Of a stretch of 64,000 nt of DNA, positions 26,120 through 39,164 are shown piece after piece. A program made the translations under genes and the position numbers. The stretch is from assembly GCA_963924565.1 (NCBI GenBank), contig OZ004615.1:992001-1056000 (forward strand), given 5' to 3'. The first letter of the stretch is position 1; each line of letters starts with the position of its first letter. Origin of the DNA: Ascidiella aspersa. Taxonomy: Eukaryota. The notes below the pieces were generated by a model. The model saw nothing but the letters and a program-made list of their open reading frames with translations. It had not been told where the DNA came from and did no database searches.

Positions 26120-26288
26120 TTTAATGGTGAAAATAACGGCCCAAATAGACGTTAGAAGCGTCATGCTTTATTTTCAAACGTTTTGGCAATTTCTAATGCC
26201 ATCATCAGTGATTAGAAATTGCCGAAACGTTTGAAAATAAAGCATGTCGCTTTTAACGTCTATTTGGGCCGTTATTTTCACCATTAAA
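26120..26288. repeat. Long inverted repeat (~78-bp arms) derived from a hammerhead-bearing element
   Basis: Near-perfect arms with a 13-nt spacer. Minus strand reads CTGATGA-T-GGCA...TGCC-AAAA-CGTT; the other arm retains GCCGAAACGTT. Confidence 0.85.
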
Positions 26289-27429
26289 CTTATGAACAGA
26301 TCCGTATATAGTGTTCTAAAAAATAATTATTTTGAAATGACTCGGGTTTAAGTCATGGATGACGGATTACTTCTGCAAGTTTATCTTGCAAGATTATTAA
26401 AACTAGTTTGATTAATTTCCATAATATGCTTAAAGCGAGGTTTAAAACAAAGATTTGACTGTCACTTCAAAGTTTACGTGCATCTGTAACTTGCACCGGT
26501 GTTTTTTAACCTTTTAACATCAGGGCGCACTTGTAGACCGCGAAGCATTTTTCAAGGGTAAATTGGTGTTTATCTTACATTGTTTGTAATTTTGTATAAC
26601 ATTGGTAATATTGCAAAGTACTATGTGCTAAATGAGCTAAGCAAGAAAAATCCTTAATATTGTAAAGAAATAAATTCAAATTGTAACACAATAGCACACA
26701 GTTCGGTGGAAAAAAATCTGAATTCTACAAAATATAACTACGTTTATTAAGCTGAATACCCAAGCAATCTAAAAACAGTAATTTGTTTTAAATGCTTTTC
26801 CATCCGCCTGTGACCACGCGTTAAGAACCACAGATATAAGAACTGTGAAACACTTAACCCTACAAACAGGCTTCGTTGGCGAGACAGCAGAGTGTAAATA
26901 AGCAAGGCAGTAGTTGCTCGTTAAGCTTACCTTTCACCACTCCTTGAAACCAACCCTGTCTGAACATTGCGACTTCAAAGCAGCTACAAACTCTTCGACA
27001 GTTGGACGGCTTACAAGCCGCTAAGATCAGGTTGCATGATCTTCACCTGTGCTTTAAGCCTTCCGTGTGCTAATACTGCCTGTTGACCACAAGAATATAG
27101 TGATTTATTGCAACTTTTATAAAACATTGAATGATATTTTTAAATGCCTTGAATAGAGCTATAGAAAGGGTATGAAGGTAAAGTGTTTTAAAATATGATA
27201 TAAAGTTCAACTCTCACCTAGTTAAATCTGTAACCACAATGCTGGTGGAAGGACTATCAATCAATAAAGTAATGTTATTTTATTACGATACGAACCCAAG
27301 GCAGTAGTCGCTTGCGAGAGATGTAAGGGTTTTGTCAATTTAAATCAAACAGATTCTGATTTCTAGGATTTATTTAAAGACTTTTTTAAAATTAAAAAAA
27401 AAGTGAAAGAAGCAAGGAAAGTAGTTAGG

Positions 27430-27850
27430 GAGTGTGTCAACAGAATTGCGTAAAACGAGATAACGAAGCGTGAAATGCAATCCTTATATCGCTGAGCGGG
27501 AAAGATGACGCGTAACTAGCGATGTTCTCGCTAATTGCTACCACCCCAGCTTCAAAGCCTACCCTCCTTCGTTCCCCGGGTGTAATGTGACGTAATAAAG
27601 AACAGCACGCGAGAAGACAAAGGTCTAAACAAACAGCGTCGCGCGGTTGTATGCCGACTCGTCCGTCCATCTTGTCTTGTTGTACAACTCAACACCCGCC
27701 CTATTCACAGCACACTGTTAAGACCGCGTTTAGGTTTCCGGTAAGCCCGGCCTTTCCTGCACGCTCCCTCTATGACGTAACAGTGGTACGCGCGCGCGCT
27801 ACTTATTTATATTTATTCGCGCTCTCTCGCAGCTACCCTCGAGATTTACC
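27430..27850. promoter_or_regulatory. CpG-rich, possibly bidirectional promoter-like region
   Basis: TGACGTAA twice (including ATGACGTAACAGTGG), CGCGCGCGCG and high CpG density. Confidence 0.55.
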
Positions 27851-28199
27851 GCTACAAGTTGTGGTTTAACTAAGATAAAACAATGTCAAAGTCCGCAGTG
27901 AAGTGGCTGCCATTGTTTGAACGTTCCCGTAAAACAATGACCATTGTCAACGTTTGTTAAAAATGATTTATGACACAATACGCATTGTCAATAATGTTTT
28001 AATATCAAACTGCGTTCTAGCGTAGGTGTCATTATTTAAAAGCCTGAATTAAACTGTACAAAATAATCAGAATTGATTAACAGGCTTAGCACGAGTTCCC
28101 GTGTTAAAAGTTTGAATATTTTGTTATATAAAGAAACCTACAGAAATCCGTTTTATTATCAATTATTCGAACAGTTTTTCTTTTGGTGAGTGCTTAGGT

Positions 28200-28514
28200 C
28201 AGGGGTGTCCAACATGAGGCACGCGTGCAAAATGTGGCACGCGAACTAATAAAAAATGACACGCAAGCCAAAAAAATACAGCCAATTGTCAAAAATGCTA
28301 AGTTTGTTATACAGCCAATTGTCATCGTTTATTCACAATACAAAATAGTCCCAGCAATTATCATAACGAACAATTACTTTTGATATTATAACATTATACT
28401 CTTTATATTTTTGTATAAAAGCGCTTTTGATATTAGAAAAAAAAAATAGTTGCTAAACTTTGAAGTTATAAGGTAAAAATTGGCACGCCGGCATGTTTGA
28501 GTTGGATACCCCTG
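28200..28514. mobile_element. hAT-type MITE
   Basis: TIR CAGGGGTGTCCAAC / GTTGGATACCCCTG; perfect 8-bp TSD GCTTAGGT. Confidence 0.93.
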
Positions 28515-28754
28515 GCTTAGGTAATATTCAATTTAAACATTGTAACAAATCTTTTATCGTAGGAGGCATTATTAATAAAATTCTAGTTTTGATTAAACAA
28601 AATGATTTTGGCTTGTAAAACCTTCGAACTAAATCAAATATATTTTAGAATTTTTTATTTACATTTATTAAAATAAAACATTTATTATTATATGTGAAAG
28701 TTTTTTCCTCGAAGATGTGTATTTTCGTTAAGAATCGAGTGATTAAAATAAAGT

Positions 28755-29145
28755 GTAAGTAGCTAACAGGTCTAATTTTCAAACCGGGTGGGTCCTTGCA
28801 ATTTTAAGTGGCAATTTGTAAACTTGACTCATAAAGGTGGCGTTTATTTGGCCAACTGACAAGTTAAACTACTTGAAGTCCAGCACTGGACAACTTGAAC
28901 TTTCTCCCATCTTAGCCGGTGTTTTTTGGGCCGCGTCTGGGCGCCAAAAACTACTTAATCCGTACAATTTGGCCGGTCATTAATCTACTTGACCAGTTAA
29001 AAGCTTGACGGGGATTTAAGGCTACATTTGTTGCCATTTAGGAGAACCTAACGATGAAAAACTAATCCTAAATTGATTAATTAGCGGGATGCGTTTATGG
29101 CAATTGAGGAAAATACAACAAGTTGGTTAGCAATTACTTTTCATC
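28755..29145 (+). ncRNA. Putative structured RNA unit
   Basis: GCTAAC/GTTAGC outer stem, AAGTGGCAA/TTGCCATTT, hairpins GTCCAG/CTGGAC and TTTTTGG/CCAAAAA. Confidence 0.45.
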
Positions 29146-29944
29146 CTGACCACAAAAAGTTAATCTTCGTCGTGTTATTATCACATCCCCCACTTTGAAA
29201 ATAAATAAAGTTGAACTCCAGTGATCGAACTGTCGAAGCCCGTCAATCAAATTTCGACACAAGCGTTTTGACTCTTGGATACAACTAATGCTAAATACAA
29301 AGCCGGTTAGCAAATCTTAAGCATAACAAAGCTTATGTTGGGTGATTAACTCGCTCACTTGGCGTATGATTGTACCCAGAAGAATGTTTAGTTGCTCTTT
29401 TTAACAGAATCGCTCTATAGCAACTTCAAAATACAGTTTTCTTCTCCCCATTGATGTGGTACAATTCAGCAGTAAGTGCTACGTTTACAAATTAGACGAA
29501 AAAAAGCGTGTTGAACTGAATGTTTGTAAAAATACATAGCCCGATTATCGCGGTACAACTTTACAAATGCTTAATAAAACGGTGGTAAATATTCAGCAAT
29601 GGGGTTCAATTGTTGATTTAAAGTTGTAAAATTATGCTTGATCATACGTCAAAAGTCGCGAAATGGTAAGAGACAAAAAGGGTGTCAGACTCTCAAGGCA
29701 TATACCGGCCCATTGTTTAAAACCACTTATTTTTTTACATCAACGAAATGAGTCACAAATGAAATTGCAAAAGCGAAAGACACGGAGAATAAAATACAAT
29801 AACAATACTTTACCTACCCAACCCAAACTCGCACCCTAACCCAAATAATGCCAGCAATACAAACCCCAGGACGAAAATGTGTTGGGATTCTGGACCAGCG
29901 CCCAATCCTTTCAAATGCAGCGTTTAAACTAGTGAAAGCCCTTG

Positions 29945-30260
29945 CAAGTTTGTCGAGATGCTCCTAGATCGTTTGACGAGCGGCTTACCAGCTACGAAAC
30001 TTTCCCTTGTCAAACAAAACCCAGTCTCTGGTGACCTAAATCCTCTCCGCGCGAGCCCGTCACACATGAATGGGCACAGGTATCGGCCTGTTTCCACTTT
30101 AAGCTCGAACCCGAGCAAAATCGCGACGCCCTTATATTGAAATAACACTATAAAAAGCTGCTTGGATTGTTTTGACGTCGTCTCTGGCTGATATCAGCAC
30201 GATAATGGCTCAGCGGAATGTAGACTGCTGCATTTTTCGGGCTCATGTCTCGATTGAAAA
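29945..30260 (+). ncRNA. Putative structured RNA unit
   Basis: TCGAGATG 29953 / TGTCTCGA 30246; GTCAAA/TTTGAC; hairpins GCCCGT/ATGGGC, ACAGG/CCTGT and GCTCG/CGAGC. Confidence 0.55.
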
Positions 30261-30894
30261 CGCTTGGCCTCAAAAACTGGCCACTTTGGGGAAAGCCGGC
30301 TCCAATTTTAAAACCCTTTCTTTGTTGACATATTTACACTCATTGAAGCCAAGAATAGGATGAAATATGTAGAATTCTACCTTTAGGGCCACACTGTTAA
30401 TTGTTCTAAATTAGAAAACATTCAAATTTGTCCAATAATGATGCCCAGAGGTCATTTAGGAGGCATGCTAACCGCCAAAATTTTAGATAAGCTGACCATT
30501 ATTAAAAAAACACTTTATATATTCTGTAGTTCTGTACTGCTGAAGACTTGAAATCGGGTAAAAATCAGCACGCACTTTATAAAGCAGTACAGGTAAGCTG
30601 TTTTAAAAGAGGAAAGGTTTAAAATGTGGCAGAAATATAGGGCTTATGTAGGTAGGTACTAGATTATTCGGCCCTTTTTCTTAAAATATGTTAATTCGGT
30701 AAAATTTGTAAGTGCATTTGTGATAAATAGCGTAAAATAGCGCAATAATTTAGCCGGCTTTTCAAAAGCAGTAGACTTGGCTGTTTGCAGGCAAAAAAAG
30801 GCTAAAAATGTGGCCGAAATGTAGGGCCTGATATAACCGCTTTAACAGCCTAGACAAGGTTTCGAAGAAGCTACGTTTTTAAGGGAAGAAGAAG

Positions 30895-31430
30895 GTAGCT
30901 CGCCGCTGCTGTACAGTTTAAGGAGGCCAAGCAAACGTCTCTCCTTTCTCTCTGGTTGTCGCTGGCAAGTTTGCAGAAGTGTTGGTCGGCGCACGTGAAA
31001 AAATGTAAAACTGCCTCGTCTGGTTGCTCGCTCAGTCGCCGGCGATATGATGGCAAGTCGGGCCAGACTGAATCGTCCGTAGATCGCAGATGAGGTCTGT
31101 TGATAAACGAGCAGCCGTCGCAGCGACTGCTGGACACCGCCGGTGTATTAAGACAGGCGAAAATCAGGACGCTGGTCTAGAATCCTAAATCAGCGTTGAA
31201 ACAATTATTAAATCAACGCACAATATATTGGGGTTAGGTGTGGGTTAGTGTTTGGGTGAGCGTGAGTCAAAGATTGTTATATTTATTTTTTAATAATAAT
31301 AATTGACCTACCAAAACTTAAACGCTAACCTGCACCCTAACCCAAATAATGTTCGTTGAGGTAGGATTCTAGACCAGCGCGAAAATCAGTCGACCAGGAA
31401 GTTAAGTTGGTTACTCGCTGGCGCGCTTTT
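30895..31430 (+). ncRNA. Putative structured RNA unit interrupted by a MITE
   Basis: GGTTGCTCG 31022 / CGAGCAGCC 31108; TGGTCGGC 30983 / GTCGACCA 31389 spans the MITE. Confidence 0.5.
31168..31380. mobile_element. MITE with telomere-like subterminal repeats
   Basis: TIR CGCTGGTCTAGAATCCTA / TAGGATTCTAGACCAGCG, ~9-bp TSD GAAAATCAG, internal GGGTTAGG/CCTAACCC motifs. Confidence 0.9.
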
Positions 31431-31809
31431 AAAATTTGACTCATTATTGTATTGCGCATTGGTAAAATATTGCTAAGCGATGCTGGTTAGTAATAAGCTT
31501 AATACAAATTCCCAATTTTAGCGCAATGCGCATAAACTTCAAAAAAGCAAAGTTGTTTTTTTCAGTAAAAATGTCAGTAAATAAACTTGGTTATTGGCTG
31601 ACGTTTCTTTAAAATTTGCCCTAAATTTTGTTTTAAGCGGCAATGGTTTGGTAAAAGGTGGTTCATTTATGCTTGGTTATGGTTAGTTTAAGCTAATTCT
31701 AATATTTTAGCAGAAATATAGCAAAATAGCCACGGAATTTGTAGATGCACTATCCCTACAGTAACCTACCTATAAATCTTAAACGCTATAAAGTTTATAA
31801 GTTATCCGG

Positions 31810-32150
31810 TGAGCTTTCCTTTTCGGAAATTCCCATTCGCTTTTGGCGCCACCAGAGAAAGTTCAGGTAATTTGTGAATGGAGCCTACAGGAAATGGAGT
31901 CGTGTTTATTCGTTGAGGTAAACTTGCGCTAACGTACAAGACAGCACCGGTCGCATGTTGAAAGCCAGGAAGTTCCACATAGAGAAGACGGCCAATACCT
32001 TGTTCTTTGAGTTTTCTGATCGAATAGCCCCGAGCTACGTCAGTCGTTATACATATTTGCTCACGCCTGAGTTGAATAGCATCGCAGCTGAAAGAATTAC
32101 ACGGCTCTTAGTCAATGTAGAAGGTGTTTTCAGTTCGAGGAAAGTGCTAG
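31810..32150 (+). ncRNA. Putative structured RNA unit
   Basis: GCTTTCCT 31813 / AGGAAAGT 32138; GGAGTCGTGT 31896 / ACACGGCTCT 32099; CCATTCGC/GTGAATGG. Confidence 0.55.
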
Positions 32151-34690
32151 AAGCTGATAGGTAACAGACTTTTCAGTATTTGCAAACTTGGTTGTTACGA
32201 AACAATGACAATTGTCAACTGTAGAAACTTTGGCGATTGTCAGTAAAAGTTTTATATGACAAAGTGTTTAAAGTTACTGTTGTTAAATCGCGAAAAGTTT
32301 TAAACCTTTCTTAATCTTAAAATCTTTGGCCAATAATTTAACTAAAAAAACTACTTGAAACTACTGAAGAGACTGTTTTTTTAGAAGTTGAAACTTATTC
32401 ATGCGTTTGAAAAAGTTTGAAATACGACAGGCGAATTTTAAACCGAAAAGTTGTTCAAGCTAATATCGTGGCGGCCGTTTTTTGAAAGTTTAGAAATATT
32501 GTTCACGGTGCTAAATATCACGATGAAAAGCCTTTTTCTTGATATTATGGAGAAGCTAGGCATTTGCTTATAGAAGAGAAGCTAGGCATTTGCTTATATA
32601 TATTAGGTTAACACACAGTTGCCTGTTATTAGCGTTGTACCTACAGAAAGTGTAAGTTCATCTCGTTTTAATTGGATTAATTAGCTTCTGGTCAACGCAG
32701 TTTGAAGGGAGTCGTACAGCTGCTGTTAGCTTCTAAGTACACACACAAAGCAAAGGCGGCTGCTGTACAATTGTAAAGGCTGGTTTTGTGGGCAGAATTT
32801 ACCTTTGATCGGCTTGTTGAGGCAACGGTTTAAATTTGCAGTCCTTGTCAGTTGTGTGATTGATGTGCTATGGTGCAATGGCTTGGCTCGCGCGGTAAGA
32901 GTTCGATTACCTGAGATTTTCCAGTGAAGTTTCGCCGATTCCGTAATTTGAGCGTAATTCTTGTTTGCTGTACTTTGCCAAATTCCTTGCCGGCATTTGG
33001 CGCGGTGCTAGATTACAGTTTTTTTTATCATTTTTAACTCTAATCTTCCGAGTATGGAGATTAATTGAGCTTTGCTGATCGTGAAGCATTTTAAGCGAGG
33101 CTGCGCTTTTCGTAACTTGATATATTCGAAAAAATGATTAGGTTGTGTGTCGCATTTAGCGAACGTTTCTCTATTATTTTGAAAATAGCCACAATTAGAC
33201 TTACTTGCAAACTAATCAGAGCTTCTTGAAATGGGTAGGCGATAAATACTTTAAAAGATAAATGGTCATAAAATGAAGGAATAAATTTGCGTTCAAGATT
33301 TTACTGGTTGTTAAATGTTTAGCGTTTGACATTTTGTAAACGTTACTCAAAGGTTTGGAATAAAACTAAAGATTGATTTGAAACTTTTTTCTTGAAGTTA
33401 TTTACTTACTTCTGTATAAGCTTTGATTTTTTTTAGTTTAGCCTTGTAGTGGCTTATATTATAAAAATATGAGATTTTTAAATTTTTAAAATCTCTTGAC
33501 GTAACAATGACTGACGTAACAATGGTCATCGCTGTCGATCAAAATCTGTTTGTTTTTTAATTAGCAAGCTTTCGGCCGCTACTAAAAGGTTTATAGGGCG
33601 GTTAATTATTACCTGCAAGCATATGTGGTACGGCGCCATGTAGAATACCCCTTTTTGTCCAGAATATGACGTGTAGAGTTTTAAACGACTAAATCCTTTT
33701 TAATTGGTCCTTGTTGTGCTTGGTGAACCTTTTATGGCCTTCTATCTGCTTAAGGTCGTCGTAAGGTGAATGTTGTAGCGAAAAAGGTGCCATAAAGTGT
33801 TGAAACTGACCCCGATTTAGCAGAAGCCATTTGGTTGTTAAAACGTCCGTGAAAAAAATAATGAACTTACCAATTAAATCCAAGTGTAGAATTACCCATA
33901 AACACTGAAAGTGCAAATTATAGGTCATAGCGCATATAAAAGAACCATTTTTAAACATATTTTTCTTATGTTAAAAAAAAATTAAATACCCTAATAAAAA
34001 AATTCGTTTGAATATTTGAAAAAAAGGGCTTGTTGGAACTTATAAAAATCAAATCTTTTGCTCAAAAAAATTAGGGACTTCAATACTCTATTCCTTTTGG
34101 TTACTCTATTTTCATTGTTATAAACGCATATAAAGGATAAACCAGTTTTGAACCAAATTTTTTTTCTCTTTGCCAAAAACTAGAAAAAAATTAAAATACC
34201 CTAATAAAGAAATTTGTTTCAAGATTTCAAAAAGAAATGTTTTCTAAAATATCGAAGCAGAAAATTTTAGCTCCGAAAATCGGTGAATCGGTGACCTAGT
34301 CTCTTCGTTTGAGGTTTGCATTTAACGATCTCGCGGATTAAAGTTTTCCGACGTCGCCAAAATGTTGTTTCTGGATTCATCGAAGCGTCGCGATGTTTGG
34401 GGCTGAAATAAAAATAAAATACCCCGTTGGCTTACCCCTTTCTATTTTTAGGGACCCCCTGGGGTCTTTTAGTGCCGTGAAACGAATAATAGCCGCATTT
34501 CCGACGTGTTCGCTTAATAATTGATTTTGCCGACTTGGACGAGGCCATATTTACATTGCATGGATGCGTAACCATCAAAACCCAACATCTCCATTTAGAA
34601 GACTCCTCGAGCGGCGTGATGCTTTAAAGCGTTGCCCGTCGGCATTTCTGCTATGCAACGGTTTGGAACTGGGTATGTGGGTAAAGGGGC

Positions 34691-35127
34691 CAGGGGTAAA
34701 TCCAGTGGAGGGGAACATCATGCCCCCGCCAAAAAAATTACATTTTTTTACTCATTTTAAATAAACTTTATGCAATTTTTGCCAACTAAAGCTAAGTTAA
34801 CGCACTTTTTTAGGATTAGGCTGTCCGCCGCATTCAGTAAACGTTTAACTATTATTTGAAAAATAGACAAATTAAGAATTACAACGGTAAAAAAAACAGC
34901 GGTAGTTCCAGGGGGAATCTTGCCCCAAAATATTTTTTTTATTGACACCTTAATACCAATTTTTGCCAAATGTAACTAAATAAACGCATTTTTTGTTTAG
35001 CTTAACTGCATTTTTGCCACCGGTTTGTCAAACAACAGCACGATTTTTAGGTAACTTTAATTATGATGTCACAATTTAAAACAAAATAATTATGCCCTCC
35101 TGAACAAAAATCCCGGATCCACCCCTG
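34691..35127. mobile_element. Non-autonomous DNA transposon (MITE)
   Basis: TIR CAGGGGTAAATCC / GGATCCACCCCTG with an AT-rich interior; the flanks AAAGGGGC / AAAGAGCT match only partly. Confidence 0.75.
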
Positions 35128-36622
35128 AAAGAGCTTGGGGTTTTGGGTCTGATGTGAGCCCCACTAATCCGGGGGTTGTGGGGGGTTGGGAGTAACTTGA
35201 GAGGCCCCACTGTCTCTTGGGCTTGTTTTGAAAACAAGGGGCGGTCGCCCTAAGCCGCAAAACTAAAATAGACCCTGGTACAATAAATTCAAGGCATCTA
35301 TAGGTAAATTGTCTTGCATTGTTTGAAAGTTCCAGTAAAACAATATGCGTTATCCACGTCATAATAGTTGTGATAATGGATTTTGTTTATGATATGTCAC
35401 TGAGTAACCATACAGAACACTGTCAAATTATACATTTTTCAGATAAAAAAATCGGGGAATTTTGTTTTAGCTATAATAGAAAATTGATGCGTTTTCAAAC
35501 GGAACCTAATCTGTATGAGATCGGCTTTTTAACATTTTATCGCAACCTTAAACCTTTTAGCTCCAAAAATATCCCAAATGTCACAATTTTATCTAATAAA
35601 GGAAATGACCCGAATTCTGCGTAAAGATATAAATCGATTTCCCTGTGTTTGCGAGTTTGTTGGCGGCGTATTTTTAGCGACCGCTTTCCGCATTTGAGGC
35701 TCCCTGAAGCGAAAGAAAAGTCGCGTTGACCTTGTTGGGTTTCGCGTCGTCGTTTGTCGAGCTCGCGCGATTCCATTGTTCGGCGTCGCGGGAAATTTTC
35801 GCCTTTTTTCCTCGCGAATACACGCGAAAGTACAACGGTGGCGAGAAAAATCGACAAAGCTGCAGAGAAATAGAATGAAAAAGCCTATACAGAAGTAGGT
35901 AGTATATTGTTAACGTTTCAAATAAATCTTAAGATAATGGCTGGAGGTTGTAGTTAGACGTAGAATGAGTATCAAAGCCCATACAGAAGTAGGAAGCATT
36001 TTGTGAAGGTATAAATAAAGCTCCATTCATTTTCAATATATAATGTATGGGCTTATAATAATCATTCTACCCATAACTACAACCTCCAGACATTATGTTA
36101 CAAAGAAGGTTCCTTATTCGTACGCTTAGTGTATCTGGTTATTAGCTGGCGACAGGGAAACTGAAAAGGTAAACTTCCCGTTCACTTTGTGCTAATTGCT
36201 ATTTTCGTTTCCTGTCCTTAGCCCCAGGGTTAGGCGCGTTTTACTTGCCTCATTACACATTGTGAGTTGCTAGTCGACCAAGCTGCTAGGAACAAGATAA
36301 CGGAGATATTGTGGGAGAAAGAAGATAAGTTGATCATAGTGATATAAGGTGAGATCTTCATAATGTTTTGTTTAACCAAGCTTATCGAGATATTCAATTT
36401 CTTGGGTACAATTTTTGTAACTCGAATGTGGTTTTAGCCGCAAATGGTAAACGATTTTTTGTTGAAGAAACCGAATTTATCATTTAGTTGAGTTAAACAG
36501 GTCATTTTAGTAGACTTGCTATATTTTTTTATTTTAATTTTCAATATTTGAAAATTTAAATATGTCACGACAATTCCGAAAATGAAATTAGATGTAAGGC
36601 GATACTCACCTTTTGATATTAA

Positions 36623-36767
36623 TAATGTAGCTTGACAATGAGTTACCAAGCCAAAAAGGCCGAGTAGATCTACATCATCTAGATTAAGACGTTTCAATAC
36701 GAGCTTGTAAGATGATGTCGATCTTCTCGACCTTTTTGGCTTTGCAATTCATTATCAAGCTACATTA
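36623..36767. repeat. Dispersed repeat family B (inverted copy); other copies ~8025-8095, 49200-49280, 50987-51100, 53865-53958
   Basis: Shared GAAACGTCTTAATCAAGATGATGTCGATCTACTCGACCTTTTTGGCTTTG. Reconstructed consensus begins TTAA-CTGAAGA-T-GATAC-AAGTTC-GTATC-GAAA-CGTC-TTAA. Confidence 0.85.
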
Positions 36768-36924
36768 TAGATCCATGCATAGTCTACCTAATATAGATAA
36801 ATTACGCAAAAATGTACAGAGATACATTGGTATTAGCCGCATACACCAGTCCTTGTTGAGCACTATACCTTAAAAATGGCGTTAAACTGATTATAAAATC
36901 GATTCTATTGAAATTGAACCCGCC

Positions 36925-37282
36925 CTTGGATTGAACAGCCCTATATGGGAAACCATAAACCAAGTCCATGGGAAAACAAGTTATATTTACCCTAGAGGCG
37001 GCTAGGTTCCCCTAGGTAAACTATAAGTTGAGGCCCAGGTGGCCTGTGTAAGCCTGCGGTATAGGCAAGCGTTCAGCTCTATTCAGAAGCGTTGGGATTT
37101 GAATTGGCGCACAACATCAAACTGCTGGGCGGCTTATCCTTCATGGAGGGCTCTTATGAAAGCGCAGTGCTCATAGCTCACTCCGTCCGACATTTTCAAT
37201 CCTGGCTGTTTGCGCTTTGAAATGTCGACTTGGATTTTTACAGACCTACCGCACGAGTTTACTACTTTAGTCCGTTCAACTG
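36925..37282 (+). ncRNA. Putative structured RNA unit
   Basis: TTGAAC/GTTCAA and CCAAGTC/GACTTGG stems; CGACATTT/AAATGTCG and TTTACC/GGTAAA inside. Confidence 0.5.
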
Positions 37283-37554
37283 ACCTTTTGAAATTAAAAT
37301 TTAAATCGATTTTTTTTAGTCGCTTGGTAATGTAAATATAAATTAGTGTAATATGACCACTTAAAGAATTAGCTCAAAATTGTCTGTATGTTATTATTAA
37401 TGCTACTAGCGATTAAACGTTTTAAAATAACGATATTTTTCATTAATTAACCGACCCTCTTTTAAACACTGTATAGTAAAGTACTTATAAACGTAATGTG
37501 CTCCTCAATTGGTGAATGTTTTTGACTTTACAGTTTATAAATATTTTTGTGTGT

Positions 37555-37655
37555 TTAGTGACGTCATCCTACGTCATGAGGATTTTATTGACGATCGTCG
37601 CTCTGGTCCTGTGCTCAGCGAACCGTGTCGCATCTCAGGGAGACGGTAAGTCGGT
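37555..37655 (+). promoter_or_regulatory. Promoter-like patch followed by splice donor
   Basis: GTGACGTCATCCTACGTCA, then a GC-rich stretch ending in ACG|GTAAGT at ~37646. Confidence 0.5.
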
Positions 37656-37959
37656 TTATTTCAACAAATCGTTATTTTGTGCAAATTAAAACCATGTTTT
37701 TGAGCAACTTTAGATACGAATCCAAAATGCAGGGTTTGAAATGTAATTTTAGGGCGTTTTACTCAGAATTTAGAGCTCTGTGCGTGAGTTTAGGATCTAC
37801 GCCAAGTTTAGGGTTCAGCAGAACTTTATTGCAACAAAATAGCGTTTTTTTACCACCACATCCCAAAGATGTTCTTAGACCAAATCATCAACCTAAGGTC
37901 GCGGTTTTGCGTCATCAAAAGCCGCAGGAAAGACAAGGACGTGACGTTTTGGTCGGATT

Positions 37960-38300
37960 TAGCGCCAGGTTGGGTGGGAAAGAGCCACAGTGCTTCCTAT
38001 CCCGAGCAATTACTGCGCCTGTGGGTGCAATTAGTGGCTATGGGGAAAGCGCCGGGCTGTAAGGGCTGGTTGTTTCTTGAGAGTTGCCACTCTGCAATTA
38101 CACGCCTCTCGCGGTTTAATCAAATAGGGATTACAGCTTGTGCTACACAGGCTTGGTGAGTCCTTGTGCTAACCACTTGTCGTTAAACTGTGAAAGTGCT
38201 GTGTCTTGTTTACTCTTTGGATCGAATGCTACTGCCTATGTGGATTGTCTTTCACTTGGTGACAACAACTTGTGCTGTTAAGAGACTGTTTCTAAGGCGG
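37960..38300 (+). ncRNA. Putative structured RNA unit
   Basis: GGGTGGGAA 37972 / TTCCTATCC 37994; GGCTGTAA/TTACAGCT; TTGTCGTTAA..GTGAAAG / CTTTCAC..TTGGTGACAA. Confidence 0.55.
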
Positions 38301-39164
38301 ACGACACACTTTAGCTTTCAACTTACACGGTAATATGATAATTTGTAAATGCTTTATCACAATGAATTTTATTCAGAAGAGTTTTTTCGGTATTTTGTAA
38401 AAGATCGTTTAGGGCGCAATTTTCTAATCTTTGTGTCAATTTTAGCCTTGCTTGGTTTCTAAGGCGTTTTTAAGCTTTACTGAGCGCTAGGCCTTCATTT
38501 AAGCATGCATTTGCTCCTGTTTTACACTAATGCGGTTTAAAATCCCAGTTTCCTGTTGTGTTCTGGTGTTATTGGGAATCCACGCGGCTGTAAATTGAAC
38601 CTTGCTCCCGTGGTTTCGTGGTTTCGATTTGATTTCCCGGGAAAGGTAACGGGAGAACGAGATAAAAATGTAATGTATGGGAAATGTAAACGTTGGTGGA
38701 ATTGAAATAGAAATGTGACCGAATCGTATTGAAGCCCTTCTAAGCTTTTAATACATTTAGATATCTGAATAGCAACACACAGTAAAACCTAAAAAGCAAC
38801 AATACCCCAGAAAAAATCTTTAATACCATATACGTAATAAAAACATCACAGCCCATAAAGAAGTAGATATCATTTTGTGAACGTTCCGAATAACTCTTGA
38901 TTCATTTTCAACACCATAAGAAGGCACTGATTGTAAGTGTATATGAACTACCATAGTATTAAGACCAACGACAGAAAATCCAAATACGCACGTTTTGATA
39001 AAATATACGGAATTATTCATCAGGACAATGAACTTGAAACTGTGTGAATACGAATAGTCTACGGAAACGTTGGTATATTTATAAATAAAGTATTTGCCTG
39101 AAGAACAGTTTTAATTTGAAACAGCACGTATAGGATTTCCCTGTTTAAAGTACTTAGCTACGTA

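Noticed and set aside
27071-27092. miR-200/miR-8-like TAATACTGCCTG, with miR-34-like AGGCAGTAGTT at ~26905
   Set aside because: Only the 5' portions match; the two segments pair with each other across ~150 nt, not as a canonical pre-miRNA hairpin.
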